This document shows positions 30,754-41,790 of a DNA stretch of 64,000 nucleotides, piece after piece. Where the stretch lies: NCBI GenBank assembly GCA_050952625.1, contig JBMNLH010000004.1:64001-128000 (forward strand), given 5' to 3'. This DNA is from Bacillota bacterium (GTDB taxonomy: Bacteria > Bacillota > Ch66 > Ch109). The notes under the pieces were generated by a model. The model was not told the origin of the DNA and did no database searches. It was given only the letters and a program-made list of their open reading frames with translations. The number at the start of each line of letters is the position of its first letter. Position 1 is the first letter of the stretch. Position numbers and translations under genes: made by a program.

Positions 30754-31978
30754 AAGACACCTCTCTTTTTAGCCGGTGCTCTTGACCATCAGGGGTTGCC
30801 AAGAGAACCGGTTGTCCGGTTTTCAGGTATACCCGGGGAAGCCGGCGACTGATCGTGGTTCGTCGCGCCGTTAACTCGACTAAAGTCCCCGGCTCAACGC
30901 CGGGAATCCCGGTCACATCAATCATACACGACTGCATGGCGACCTTGCCGATAACTGGTGCATACCGTTCATTGACCCTAACCCGCTGTGAGCCCATCGC
31001 TACCCCGAAGCAGCTAAGAATGTTCTTGGCCACTACCTTAAGCAAATCAATAAATCCCCGCGGCCGCAAAACCGGCTCAACGGTAAAGCCATCAACATAA
31101 CCGACTGGCAGAACGCCCACTCGAGTCGGCCGACGGGTAATAAAGGTCCTCCCGTAACCAATGCTGCTCCCTCGGGGATACTCCTGGACCTGCAGGATCC
31201 GGGCTTTAAGACGCCAGGGATCTCGCAGCCGAAGCGACTGTGGAACTGAAGGGGATGGATACTGTCCGTACAGGAGGGTCCCCGGACGAACTAGGTTAAG
31301 ATGCATCTGTGGATAGGCAAGGAGTGCTGCACTGTTGCAGGCATGGCGATAAGGGATTGAAATCCCTTTTTGGTTTAAGGCTTTGGTCACCTGAAGCAAG
31401 CGTTCGAACTGTTGTAAGGTAAATCGTCGATCTTTGGGCCGACTGGAGGAGGCTGCGGCCAGGTGAGTGTAAATCCCTTCCACTTTGAGATAGGGTTCCG
31501 CTGCCAGTTTTTCGGCTAAGGCGACCGCTTCACCGGGAAATAAACCGTTACGACCCATGCCGGTCTCAACCTTTACATGAGCCCGAGTGGGGCGGCCGCG
31601 TTCCCGAGTTGCTCGAATTAAAAAACCGGCGGTAACCGTAGAGTTGATTGTTGGCGTTAAATCGTAATCCAAAGCTAAGCGAACCTGAGATTCTAACAAA
31701 GGATTAAACACCAAAATCGGGCATTCAATCCCTCGTTCCCTTAATTCAATTCCCTCGTCGACGGTGGTCACCGCTAGCTGCGTTACTCCTTGTTCGACCA
31801 AAGCCCGGCTGACTGCCGGGGCACCGCAGCCATAAGCATCTGCTTTGACTACCGCCATGATCTGGACCGCGGGATCAAGCAGCCGCTTAATTTCCTGCAG
31901 GTTATGCAGAATAGCGTCAATATCTATTTCCACCCAACGGGGACTATAACGATCAAGAATCGTCAAGTTGGTTTTCAC
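30743..31978 (-). CDS. alr: Alanine racemase family protein
   Basis: AVVKADAYG PLP-Lys, ETGMGR, YTH, NSAA and IGYG; atypical GKVAMQ motif. Confidence 0.88.
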   Translation of the reverse strand: MKTNLTILDRYSPRWVEIDIDAILHNLQEIKRLLDPAVQIMAVVKADAYGCGAPAVSRALVEQGVTQLAVTTVDEGIELRERGIECPILVFNPLLESQVRLALDYDLTPTINSTVTAGFLIRATRERGRPTRAHVKVETGMGRNGLFPGEAVALAEKLAAEPYLKVEGIYTHLAAASSSRPKDRRFTLQQFERLLQVTKALNQKGISIPYRHACNSAALLAYPQMHLNLVRPGTLLYGQYPSPSVPQSLRLRDPWRLKARILQVQEYPRGSSIGYGRTFITRRPTRVGVLPVGYVDGFTVEPVLRPRGFIDLLKVVAKNILSCFGVAMGSQRVRVNERYAPVIGKVAMQSCMIDVTGIPGVEPGTLVELTARRTTISRRLPRVYLKTGQPVLLATPDGQEHRLKREVSYEF

Positions 31979-32108
31979 CTTCTACTCTGAATATCGCTGC
32001 TGCTCGTGTTGTTACTCGGTTATCATTCTCTGTTTATACCACCTGAGCGGAATGAGGGTCTACTCGGCGTCCAGCAGCCTTAAACGCCTCACTTTCCCTC
32101 CTAACCCC

Positions 32109-33227
32109 TCAAAACTCCCCGGCTGGCGCGGGTCGTCCGATTTTTTCGCCGCGCATTCTTTTCTTAAGGTTGATCAATTGACGGACCCCTCGGTAATAAA
32201 GGGGTTCTGCCCAATTCCAAGCCCAGTAAAGCAGGGGTGAATAGGGCAGGTCAAATTCACCAATAAATTCAGTGTAAACCCCATTAAATCCCTTTTTGAA
32301 ACGAACTAGTCCATACAGGGGATGATCTTCGCCCACATCCCCGGGGACTCCCCGAAAATCATACAGCGTACCGCCTTGTTCTTTGGCCCACTCGATCATT
32401 CTCCACTGTAATAGATAGTTAGGCATAACGTTACGGTGCTGATTACTAGAAGCCCCGTAGATATACCAGATCTTATCCCCAAAGATAAACGCTAGGGTAC
32501 CGGCGATCACTTGGCCTTGATATTCTGCCAGAAACAGTTTGCCCAGACCGCGCTCGACCAGATGGGTCCAGATTTCCTCGAAATAGGAGTAGGCCCGGAT
32601 CAAAAAACGATCGCGCCGGGCTGTTTCCAAAAGGACTTGATAAAAAATCTTCAAGTCGTCTCGGTTACAGTCCTCTTTGACCATCACGCCTCGCTTCTGG
32701 GCTAACCGGACATTGTAGCGGGTTTTGCCCGCCAGGTTGGCAAAAAGCTGTTCCAGAGGCGGCGTAATATCCAGCCGAAAGACAAAACGAGGTTGAACAC
32801 CCTCAAAACCTTCGCTGGTCCGGGCTGGCCGGAAACCACGGGATAACAAGTGCTGCTTGAATTTTTCATCGGTCGCGGGGACATCTGGATCTATTTTTAA
32901 AAAAATTGCTCGATGCCGGCGGGCGGTTTGCCGGACCACATGCCATAAAAAATCCAGGTGAGTCTGGTTATTCAGGTCCGCCACCGGTCCCCGCGGGGCG
33001 TAAAAGATGCAGTAGATTGAACCGGGCAGCTTTCGTTTCAGCAGGGAGATGGCCGCTACTGCTGTTCCATTCTCCTCAATCAATAGCCGAATCGGTTGCC
33101 AGCCGGTAGCTTCCTTGACCTTACCCCATTCGTAGGACTGTAGGATATGCCCTTTGGGGACACTGCCCACAAACCGATTGTATTCTTCTCTCTCAGCCTC
33201 AGTAATGACGCGATATTTTAGAGACAA
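32109..33227 (-). CDS. FemABX-family tRNA-dependent peptidoglycan peptidyltransferase
   Basis: LQSYEWG, YAPRGP, KTRYNVR, YGAS, YDFRG and FKKGF; start reset to TTG 33227 just after the pyrG stop. Confidence 0.92.
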   Translation of the reverse strand: MSLKYRVITEAEREEYNRFVGSVPKGHILQSYEWGKVKEATGWQPIRLLIEENGTAVAAISLLKRKLPGSIYCIFYAPRGPVADLNNQTHLDFLWHVVRQTARRHRAIFLKIDPDVPATDEKFKQHLLSRGFRPARTSEGFEGVQPRFVFRLDITPPLEQLFANLAGKTRYNVRLAQKRGVMVKEDCNRDDLKIFYQVLLETARRDRFLIRAYSYFEEIWTHLVERGLGKLFLAEYQGQVIAGTLAFIFGDKIWYIYGASSNQHRNVMPNYLLQWRMIEWAKEQGGTLYDFRGVPGDVGEDHPLYGLVRFKKGFNGVYTEFIGEFDLPYSPLLYWAWNWAEPLYYRGVRQLINLKKRMRGEKIGRPAPAGEF

Positions 33228-33228
33228 A

Positions 33229-34896
<1,668 letters not shown>

Positions 34897-35295
34897 CTAC
34901 CGGTCAACCGAACTGGCCTCATCATCCAGGACCTCTGGAGATTCACCCAATTCCAATCCTTCACCGCGGCGTGATAAGCGAAGACGCCGGCCTGATCCGG
35001 GGATGGTGCTGCCAGTCTTTTTGATCAACCGGATCCGACGGGGCATCTTCCCAGGGCCAACCGCGCGCAAACTCCATTTCCCCTGTCCCTGATAACTAAA
35101 CCGGGTATCCAAATTTAACCGCGTATATATAGCGGCTGCTGCCTTGGACCAATTATCCGGTCCTACCGACTTAATCCGCAATATTTCCTCGATCAGTTCT
35201 CGAAAGTAGACCGGCTGACCCCGCTGTTTCAAAATATGATAAGCTAGGTCCACTTCTGACATTTTAGCCAAGTTTATCTCCCGATCGCCTCTCAT
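34897..35295 (-). CDS. rpoE: RNA polymerase delta subunit (HARE-HTH)
   Basis: MSEVDLAY, IYTRLNLDTRF and KWSLR; lies between argS and pyrG. Confidence 0.85.
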   Translation of the reverse strand: MRGDREINLAKMSEVDLAYHILKQRGQPVYFRELIEEILRIKSVGPDNWSKAAAAIYTRLNLDTRFSYQGQGKWSLRAVGPGKMPRRIRLIKKTGSTIPGSGRRLRLSRRGEGLELGESPEVLDDEASSVDR

Positions 35296-35391
35296 CCATA
35301 CCTCTCCCCTGAATATGAACTATCTCTAGAAACGCGAGCCATTTGATCAGATTTCCCTATTTTATGCTCGCCTATCTAGGACGGTGTTCCT

Positions 35392-35419
35392 ATTCTACCT
35401 GTTCCTTAGGTTTTCCTGC
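35392..35419 (-). promoter_or_regulatory. Putative SigH promoter of rpoE-pyrG
   Basis: GCAGGAAAA-12-GTAGAAT fits RNAGGAWWW-N11/12-RNNGAAT. Confidence 0.5.
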
Positions 35420-35435
35420 TGAGAGAAGGAATTTA

Positions 35436-35486
35436 TCTGAATCAAAAGACTCCTGCATCATTAAGTGGGGGTTAGCCTTGTATAAG
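35436..35486 (+). repeat. TCTGAATCAAAAGACTCC hairpin repeat
   Basis: Homologous to 29820-29868. Confidence 0.65.
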
Positions 35487-35490
35487 AGAA

Positions 35491-37173
35491 TCACATTCGG
35501 GTCGGGGCGGTAATTCCTAATATCCGCAGCCCATTCCGCAAGGTGGTTTGAATAGTCTGCACTAAAACCAATCGAGCGTCACGCAGTTCGCCTTCTTCGA
35601 CCAGAACCCGATAAGCATTGTAGTAACTGTGAAACAGGGCAGCTAGTTCATGGACATACCGCGCTAACCGATGGGGTTCCCGCGACTCGGCCGCCATTAT
35701 TACTTCCACGGGGAATTCGGCAACTTTAGCTAATAAATCAATTTCAGCCGGCTCCCGCAGGCGTTCGAGACAGCCGGTTTCAATAACTGGCTGCTTAATC
35801 CCGGCTTCGTTGGCCTGCCGAAAGATGCTGCAGATCCGGGCGTGGGCGTACTGGACATAGTACACGGGGTTTTCATTTGTCTGGGCTTTGGCCAGATCCA
35901 GATCAAAATCGAGATGGCTTTCCGCCGCCCGCATGACGAAGAAGTAGCGGGCCGCGTCTTTGCCAACCTCCTCAATTAGTTCTTCCAGGGTGACGTATTG
36001 CCCGGTTCGTTTGGACATGCGCACCTGTTCTCCGCCCTGATACAAGCGCACCATCTGGGCCAGAATAACCTCCAACCGTTCCGGATCGCCGCCCAGAGCA
36101 GCCAGGGCCCCCTTCATCCGAGCCACATGACCGTGGTGGTCTGCTCCCCAAATATTAATGACCCGTTCAAAACCACGGGCAAATTTATCAACATGATAAG
36201 CAATATCCGAGGCAAAATAGGTCGGCAAACCATTGCTGCGCACGACCACTTCATCTTTTTCATCCCCAAACTGGGTCGAACAAAACCATAAGGCCCCTTC
36301 TTTTTCATAGATATAACCTTGATCGCGCAATTTCTTCAAGGTTTGACTGACTTTGCCCGCTTGATGCAGCTCCTGTTCACTGAACCAGACGTCAAACTCT
36401 ACCCCGAAAGCGGCCAAAGTAGTCCGAATCGCCGTTAACTTTTCCTTTAAGGCAAAATCAACCAGGGTTTGCCGACGTTCAGCCGGGGCTGCGTTTAGGT
36501 AACGATCTCCGTATTGGCTGATAAAATTTTGCACGGTCTCAACCAGGTCTTCCCCATGGTACCCATCCTCAGGCAGGGGAACCGGCTGCCCTAAGGCCTG
36601 CGCATAACGGGCTTCCAGCGAATCGGCAAATTTCTCAATCTGGTTGCCGGCGTCATTAATATAAAACTCTCGAGTTACTCGACACCCGACCGCTGTCAGC
36701 AGATTAGCCAGGGTATCTCCCAACGCCGCCCCTCGCGCATGACCGATATGTAATAGACCAGTTGGGTTAGCACTAACAAACTCGACCTGGACTGTTTCGC
36801 CGCGACCGGCTTCGCTATAGCCATAGTTCTCGCCTAAAACCGCCACTTCCAGGGGAACCTGGTACAGCCAGTCCGGCTTTAAGAAACAGTTAATAAAACC
36901 AGGCCCGGCAATCTCTGTTTTGGCCACCCAGGTATCCTGGTCATCAAAGAATTCAATCAGAACCTCGGCTATCTTCCGGGGAGCCATCCGGGCGGGACGA
37001 GCCAGCACCATCGCCAGGTTAGTGGCCAAGTCGCCGTGGTTTTTTTCCCGGGGCACTTCGATAATAAAAGGCGGTAATTCCGCAAAAGACAGACGGCCGG
37101 CCTGTCGGGCAGCTTCGGCCGCCTCCAGCCACCTTTGCTTTATCTTCTCTCTAATATCCACGATTATACTCAT
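35491..37173 (-). CDS. argS: Arginine--tRNA ligase
   Basis: SANPTGLLHIGHAR, RMSKRTG and YVQYAHAR; ATG at 37173 preferred. Confidence 0.97.
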   Translation of the reverse strand: MSIIVDIREKIKQRWLEAAEAARQAGRLSFAELPPFIIEVPREKNHGDLATNLAMVLARPARMAPRKIAEVLIEFFDDQDTWVAKTEIAGPGFINCFLKPDWLYQVPLEVAVLGENYGYSEAGRGETVQVEFVSANPTGLLHIGHARGAALGDTLANLLTAVGCRVTREFYINDAGNQIEKFADSLEARYAQALGQPVPLPEDGYHGEDLVETVQNFISQYGDRYLNAAPAERRQTLVDFALKEKLTAIRTTLAAFGVEFDVWFSEQELHQAGKVSQTLKKLRDQGYIYEKEGALWFCSTQFGDEKDEVVVRSNGLPTYFASDIAYHVDKFARGFERVINIWGADHHGHVARMKGALAALGGDPERLEVILAQMVRLYQGGEQVRMSKRTGQYVTLEELIEEVGKDAARYFFVMRAAESHLDFDLDLAKAQTNENPVYYVQYAHARICSIFRQANEAGIKQPVIETGCLERLREPAEIDLLAKVAEFPVEVIMAAESREPHRLARYVHELAALFHSYYNAYRVLVEEGELRDARLVLVQTIQTTLRNGLRILGITAPTRM

Positions 37174-37321
37174 AACACCGGCTCTCCTCTTCACAATCCG
37201 CTTGGTATTGTTTACGATCAGTAAAATCAGATTTGTGTGTTATAAGATTTGCAATATTATTCTCTTACTAACCATAAGCGTATTAATACTGCCCTATTTT
37301 CTCACAAAGCCGTTCTACCTG

Positions 37322-39463
37322 TCAAACCGAATACGCTCGGCGATTATTCAGCTCATTACTCTCCGCAACCTCATTGTGCGCATCGATGTTAACCCAACCC
37401 GATGGGAAGGAACCGCTGCAGCCGAAGGTGTAGACTTTACCGGCGGGTAAGCCGGCTAGTTTTTGCTGCCAAATCACCCCGGATTCATTTTCTACTTGAA
37501 CCGTGAACTGACCAGCTGCTTGATCTCCGAGATTAGCTACCTGAATGATCAGGTGACACTGTTCGCCTCGTTCAATCAGGCTCAGGTTTTTGATGATCAG
37601 GTCAGGTCCATGGCTCTGTTTAGGCCGGGCCGTTTCTGACGGCTCTGGAGTCACTAATTCGGCGTAGCTGCCCAGATCTTCCGGCAGTGCTCCCATTCGG
37701 GGTTCCAAAGCCCAGGTGTCAGGCAAGCTCGCCGCGGTTGGTCCAGCCTCATCGGTTTCAGGGCTTTGTGCTTTTCCCGGATCGGGCAGCGGCGTTTGCC
37801 GACCGAAGGTCGCAGGTGCCGAAGGAGTTTCGAGACTGGCCGCCCTTCCCACACCCGGCAACCCCATATTCCCAAGGTCTCCTGCCTGTCCAACGGTCAG
37901 TTCACCTGGCAAGCTTCCCAGCCTGGCCAAGAAATAATCCCGATAATCATCGGCGGTTACTTGATTGACTGCTTCGAGAACCAACCGGGTGTTGATTTCC
38001 TGGTACTGATAACGCCAAAGCAGATAGTGCCAGATCTCCTGGACCTTGGCCGGTCCTAATTCACCTTCTAATTCTTCCCAAAAAAGGGATCCGCCATAAT
38101 AAGCCAGCGCATAGTATTCTTCTCGGTCAGTGTATTCCCCCAGGGGCCTCAGAATTGGGCCTAAAGAGGCGGCCTTTTTAAGGCGGCTGCTGTTTCGTTG
38201 ATAGCCCTCTTGCCCATACTGGTCACGCAGATACCGTTCCGCCAGCCAGACGGCCAATCCCTCATCCAGCCAGGCCTCGCGATACTGGTCGCTGCCGACC
38301 AAGCCGTACCACCACTGGTGAGCCACCTCGTGGGCGACTAACGGTTCCCAGTCACGCACAGAAAACTTGCTCGTATAGTATCGACTATTGAGATAGGCTA
38401 ACATGGGGTATTCCATCCCATCAAACCCCTCCATGGGGACCTCGATAACGGAAAATTGAGGGTAAGGATATGGACAGAGGGTTCGATTGTAATACTGCAG
38501 GGTCTGCTTGGCTGCCTGCAGAGCTAATTCGCCGCCGGATTCATGCCCGGGGAGATAATAAGAATAAACCGTCACTCCATTTACTGGTTCGAAAATTACC
38601 TGAAAATCAGCAGAAGTAACCAGGGCAAAATCGCGAACCTGCTGGGCTCGGAGCCGAATCCTTTTTTTCGCTGGACTAACAGCCGTTTCTGCTTCTACCC
38701 GGCCGGCGGCTGCCACCACCTGGTCTGCCGGCAGAAGGATTGTCACTTCATAGTCGCTCACTTGACTATAAGAGGGGTCGCCTAACCGACTGTAGGGATC
38801 AAGGTGCCAGCCTGCTCCATCACGCACGGCCAGAATAGGATACCAATTACTCAGCATGGTGACGCCATTAAAGTGACCGAAACGGTAAGCAGCTTGGGGA
38901 ATGGTGACGGAAAAGCTGATCTCGACAGTGGTCGATTGGCCCGTCAAAAGAGGCCGTGGCAGCCAGATTTTGAGAATGGTGTCATTGACCTCGGTTTCTA
39001 CCGACATCCCTTCAACGCGTACCTCGGATAGGTCAATTCTACCCGGACTGAAACCAGATCGGTAGGCGGCCGGCGGGGCCGGCGTAAGTTTAGAATCTTG
39101 AAAAGCATTCGGGTATAGGTGAAAGTAAAGTTCCTGATAGGGGAGGGCCTGGTCATTGCGCAGGTTTAAACGGCAAACGCCTTTTAATTGACGCTGGTCC
39201 GGATCCAACTCGACCATGATGCGGTAGAAGCGAAAAACCTCCCGGCTAGCGGGCTGGGTAATGGCTTGTTCTAAATCAGTTTGCTCCGCGACCGTCAATT
39301 CGCTACCGCCGACCGGAGCCGAATACCGGGTAAACCAAAACAAGAAGATCCCGGCCGCTAAACCCAGAATGGTTAAGAGCAGCCAGGCTCCAATACGCAC
39401 TTTTTTCGATATTTTAGCATTATACATCTTCTTCAGCATCCTTTTAGCGACAAGCCTTCTCAA
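37322..39463 (-). CDS. Membrane-anchored M1-family metallopeptidase with C-terminal CARDB-like domain
   Basis: GMEYP, HEVAHQWW and WLDEG; PDL...ESNELNN Ig-like tail. Confidence 0.88.
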   Translation of the reverse strand: MRRLVAKRMLKKMYNAKISKKVRIGAWLLLTILGLAAGIFLFWFTRYSAPVGGSELTVAEQTDLEQAITQPASREVFRFYRIMVELDPDQRQLKGVCRLNLRNDQALPYQELYFHLYPNAFQDSKLTPAPPAAYRSGFSPGRIDLSEVRVEGMSVETEVNDTILKIWLPRPLLTGQSTTVEISFSVTIPQAAYRFGHFNGVTMLSNWYPILAVRDGAGWHLDPYSRLGDPSYSQVSDYEVTILLPADQVVAAAGRVEAETAVSPAKKRIRLRAQQVRDFALVTSADFQVIFEPVNGVTVYSYYLPGHESGGELALQAAKQTLQYYNRTLCPYPYPQFSVIEVPMEGFDGMEYPMLAYLNSRYYTSKFSVRDWEPLVAHEVAHQWWYGLVGSDQYREAWLDEGLAVWLAERYLRDQYGQEGYQRNSSRLKKAASLGPILRPLGEYTDREEYYALAYYGGSLFWEELEGELGPAKVQEIWHYLLWRYQYQEINTRLVLEAVNQVTADDYRDYFLARLGSLPGELTVGQAGDLGNMGLPGVGRAASLETPSAPATFGRQTPLPDPGKAQSPETDEAGPTAASLPDTWALEPRMGALPEDLGSYAELVTPEPSETARPKQSHGPDLIIKNLSLIERGEQCHLIIQVANLGDQAAGQFTVQVENESGVIWQQKLAGLPAGKVYTFGCSGSFPSGWVNIDAHNEVAESNELNNRRAYSV

Positions 39464-41253
39464 TACTGGTTAATGATCTTATCCCGGTAATCATATTTCA
39501 GGTCGGTCTGCAGGTACTCCCGAAAACGGTCCAGGAGAACCGCGGCTTCGGCCCGGGTTAACGGTTCCTCGGGATGGAAATAGCCTTGCGTTCCGCTAAC
39601 TAAGCCCAGTTGACTGGCGACATAGACAGCGTCTTTAGCCCAGACGGGAATCGCGGCATCATCATGAAAGGCCACAATCCGGTAGCTGGGGTTAGGCGCC
39701 AGCCCTTCAAAACCCAGGGCTCGAACCATAATGGTAACGGCCTGAGCCCGGGTCAGCCAACCCTCCGGCAGAAAAAGGCCCTGACCTGTACCGGTAAATA
39801 ACCCCCGGCGCTCTACCTCGACAATTGCCGCTAAGTCTGGATGAGTTTGCGGAACATCCGCAAAAGGACTGGTGAGGGTTTCCGTAACCCTTGACCGCCG
39901 GGCTGACCGGGTGGTGTTCGGGTCCGCCGGCGGCTGCATCTTGGTTAATTCAACGATCGCCCGCGCAAACCCGCTGCGCGTCATGGGCAGCCCGGGGCCA
40001 AAATTGGCCTGAGTTGAACTAAAGGCCCCCACACTGATCAGGCGAGAAATCTGTTCCTCCGCCCAGTGACCGCGCAGGTCCTTCATGGTGAAGACCGGCA
40101 GCCGTTCCTGGCGCGGCACAGTAAACAGTTTCAGGTTCTCCGTCGCTTCATTGCGCCAGTGGGGGATTATGTTCCCATCACTGTCAAAGTAGGGCAGATT
40201 ATAATGGTACTGCAGGATGTTTTCCTCCTGCTCGGTCTGCAGGTACCCACCCCGGAAACTAATCGGCACCGGGTCATTCAGGATATAATTCAGGTCTTTG
40301 GTCCGGTTAAACGAAACCTGCAGCCGGGCTGTGCCATCCCAGATCGTTGGTCCGGGCGGTTCCTCGTCTTCATCACCCGGGGCAACCGCTGGAGCCTGGC
40401 GATCATAACTGAGGTAGTAATCTACCTGTCGGGTTTCCGTGGATCCCCAGTGATGATTGTAGCCTACGGCCTCCCCTTTGATATCCAGAGTAACCGTCCC
40501 TTCGCCGCGGTTAATCTCGTAGGTCTTGCGCGCATTCCAATTCCCGGAAAAATAATCGACAGCCGGCCGGTGATCAATCACCGCTGACTGGTGAAACTGG
40601 TAGCCGTCTTTGACCAGTTTATAGGTATCTCGTTGTCGGCCGGTCCCAATGGTGATTGTTTCGCTGAAGTTCTTCAGACCGGTCACCTGAAAGGTCTGTC
40701 CGTTCTGTTCCTGCTCAGTAACTTCCAGAGTCAGGCTGCGGGTAAGTTTCAGGCCGGCCGCCGGATTTTCCAGCTTGTAGGAATAAGTCTGAGTCGTAAC
40801 CTCGCCCCGACTTCGTCCGCCGCTGAACTTCAGTTCACCAGAAACGATGATCGGCTGGCCAGTGATCAGGACTACCTCCTGGTAGGTTTGCTCATTCCTG
40901 ATACCGCCCTCAAAACCGACGGGATTGGAAAGCAGCTCTGGCCAATTGCTGGTCTGCGCGGAGGCAACCGGGAGTTGAAGTTGCCCTAGGTCGAAGCCGC
41001 CTCCCCCTAAGGATGGAAAAATTGTCCATGATAAGCATAACCAAATCAGCCCCAGCCAAAAGCCTCGATTGAACCGATTAAGCCAGTTGCTGGTTTTGAC
41101 AGCGGGCGGCTGCTGCTTGACTGTCTCTGCCGATTTCCTGACTATCCCGCTTGGTTTAATAAAATAACACATTTGTTCTCCTGTTGGGTTACTATCATCA
41201 GTGGTTGTGCCCAGTAATCTTGGACGGTTAGTATCGGTTTTGTTTATCAGCAA
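39460..41253 (-). CDS. S-layer homology (SLH) domain protein
   Basis: C-terminal SLH repeats (MTRSGF, LTRAQA, LTRAEA). Confidence 0.88.
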   Translation of the reverse strand: MLINKTDTNRPRLLGTTTDDSNPTGEQMCYFIKPSGIVRKSAETVKQQPPAVKTSNWLNRFNRGFWLGLIWLCLSWTIFPSLGGGGFDLGQLQLPVASAQTSNWPELLSNPVGFEGGIRNEQTYQEVVLITGQPIIVSGELKFSGGRSRGEVTTQTYSYKLENPAAGLKLTRSLTLEVTEQEQNGQTFQVTGLKNFSETITIGTGRQRDTYKLVKDGYQFHQSAVIDHRPAVDYFSGNWNARKTYEINRGEGTVTLDIKGEAVGYNHHWGSTETRQVDYYLSYDRQAPAVAPGDEDEEPPGPTIWDGTARLQVSFNRTKDLNYILNDPVPISFRGGYLQTEQEENILQYHYNLPYFDSDGNIIPHWRNEATENLKLFTVPRQERLPVFTMKDLRGHWAEEQISRLISVGAFSSTQANFGPGLPMTRSGFARAIVELTKMQPPADPNTTRSARRSRVTETLTSPFADVPQTHPDLAAIVEVERRGLFTGTGQGLFLPEGWLTRAQAVTIMVRALGFEGLAPNPSYRIVAFHDDAAIPVWAKDAVYVASQLGLVSGTQGYFHPEEPLTRAEAAVLLDRFREYLQTDLKYDYRDKIINQY

Positions 41254-41354
41254 CTGTTTTGCACCTCCTGCACACCGGACACCGGGACACGGGCAGGCAT
41301 TAAACCCATCAGACTTTCCGTTCCTTTCTTTGTAGAATAATATTCCTACTTAGA

Positions 41355-41446
41355 AATCCCTGCCTTCTTTGACTCATACGCTAGATGGTTGCCCATCCCT
41401 GCTAGAGGAATCTCCACCGGCGTAAATTCCCGGCGAACTTCCGGTA
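41355..41446 (-). ncRNA. Omega-RNA-like scaffold of a TnpB element (remnant)
   Basis: ACCGGAAGTTCGCCGGGAATTTACGCCGGTGGAGA...GATGG-GCAA-CCATC...GAAGGCAGGGA directly after the TnpB-like stop; resembles typical tnpB 3' ends. Confidence 0.55.
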
Positions 41447-41453
41447 TTTGTTA

Positions 41454-41655
41454 CTACACTGCAAACCTTAACAGGTTTTTGGCTACGTTTATCGTTTATA
41501 TCATTATCGTCCATATCGTGCGTGTACTGTTTCACATTGCAGACACTCCCATCTGCGTACTGCTAAAGGCATTTCTTTCAAGGCGTATCCGCACTCAAAA
41601 CAGGCTTTTGAACTGGCGAATAATCTTGACGCAATGGTTAGTTTTGAGCCATACC
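41454..41655 (-). pseudogene. tnpB: TnpB (IS200/IS605 or IS607 family) C-terminal fragment
   Basis: YGSKL..SSKACFECGY..RRWECLQCETVH zinc finger, then INVAKNLLRFAV* after a short disruption. Confidence 0.8.
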
Positions 41656-41737
41656 CTGCAGACATACCAACGTTGCAACGAGCGACATGCGTCAAAAGGA
41701 AGCCACGTTTTGAGCCATACCCTGCGGCCATACCAAC
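41641..41737. repeat. 31-bp direct repeat pair with 35-bp spacer (mini-CRISPR-like geometry)
   Basis: GTTTTGAGCCATACCCTGCAGACATACCAAC (41641) and GTTTTGAGCCATACCCTGCGGCCATACCAAC (41707). Confidence 0.85.
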
Positions 41738-41788
41738 CCCTCAGCCGCAGGGACCGTCCAAGAGAACCGTCCCCGTGGCTGAGGGTTG
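41734..41788. repeat. GAACCGTCCCC-type REP hairpin
   Basis: caacccctcagcc...gaaccgtccccgtggctgagggttg inverted repeat right after the SLH gene stop. Confidence 0.7.
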
Positions 41789-41790
41789 CT

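Noticed and set aside
32059-32091. 10-codon ORF MRRLRLLDAE behind AGGAGG between femX and alr
   Set aside because: Too short to support without conservation or translation data
37195-37321. T-box leaders for argS (and for glnS at 53220-53330)
   Set aside because: Both regions are too short and lack GGTGGNACC
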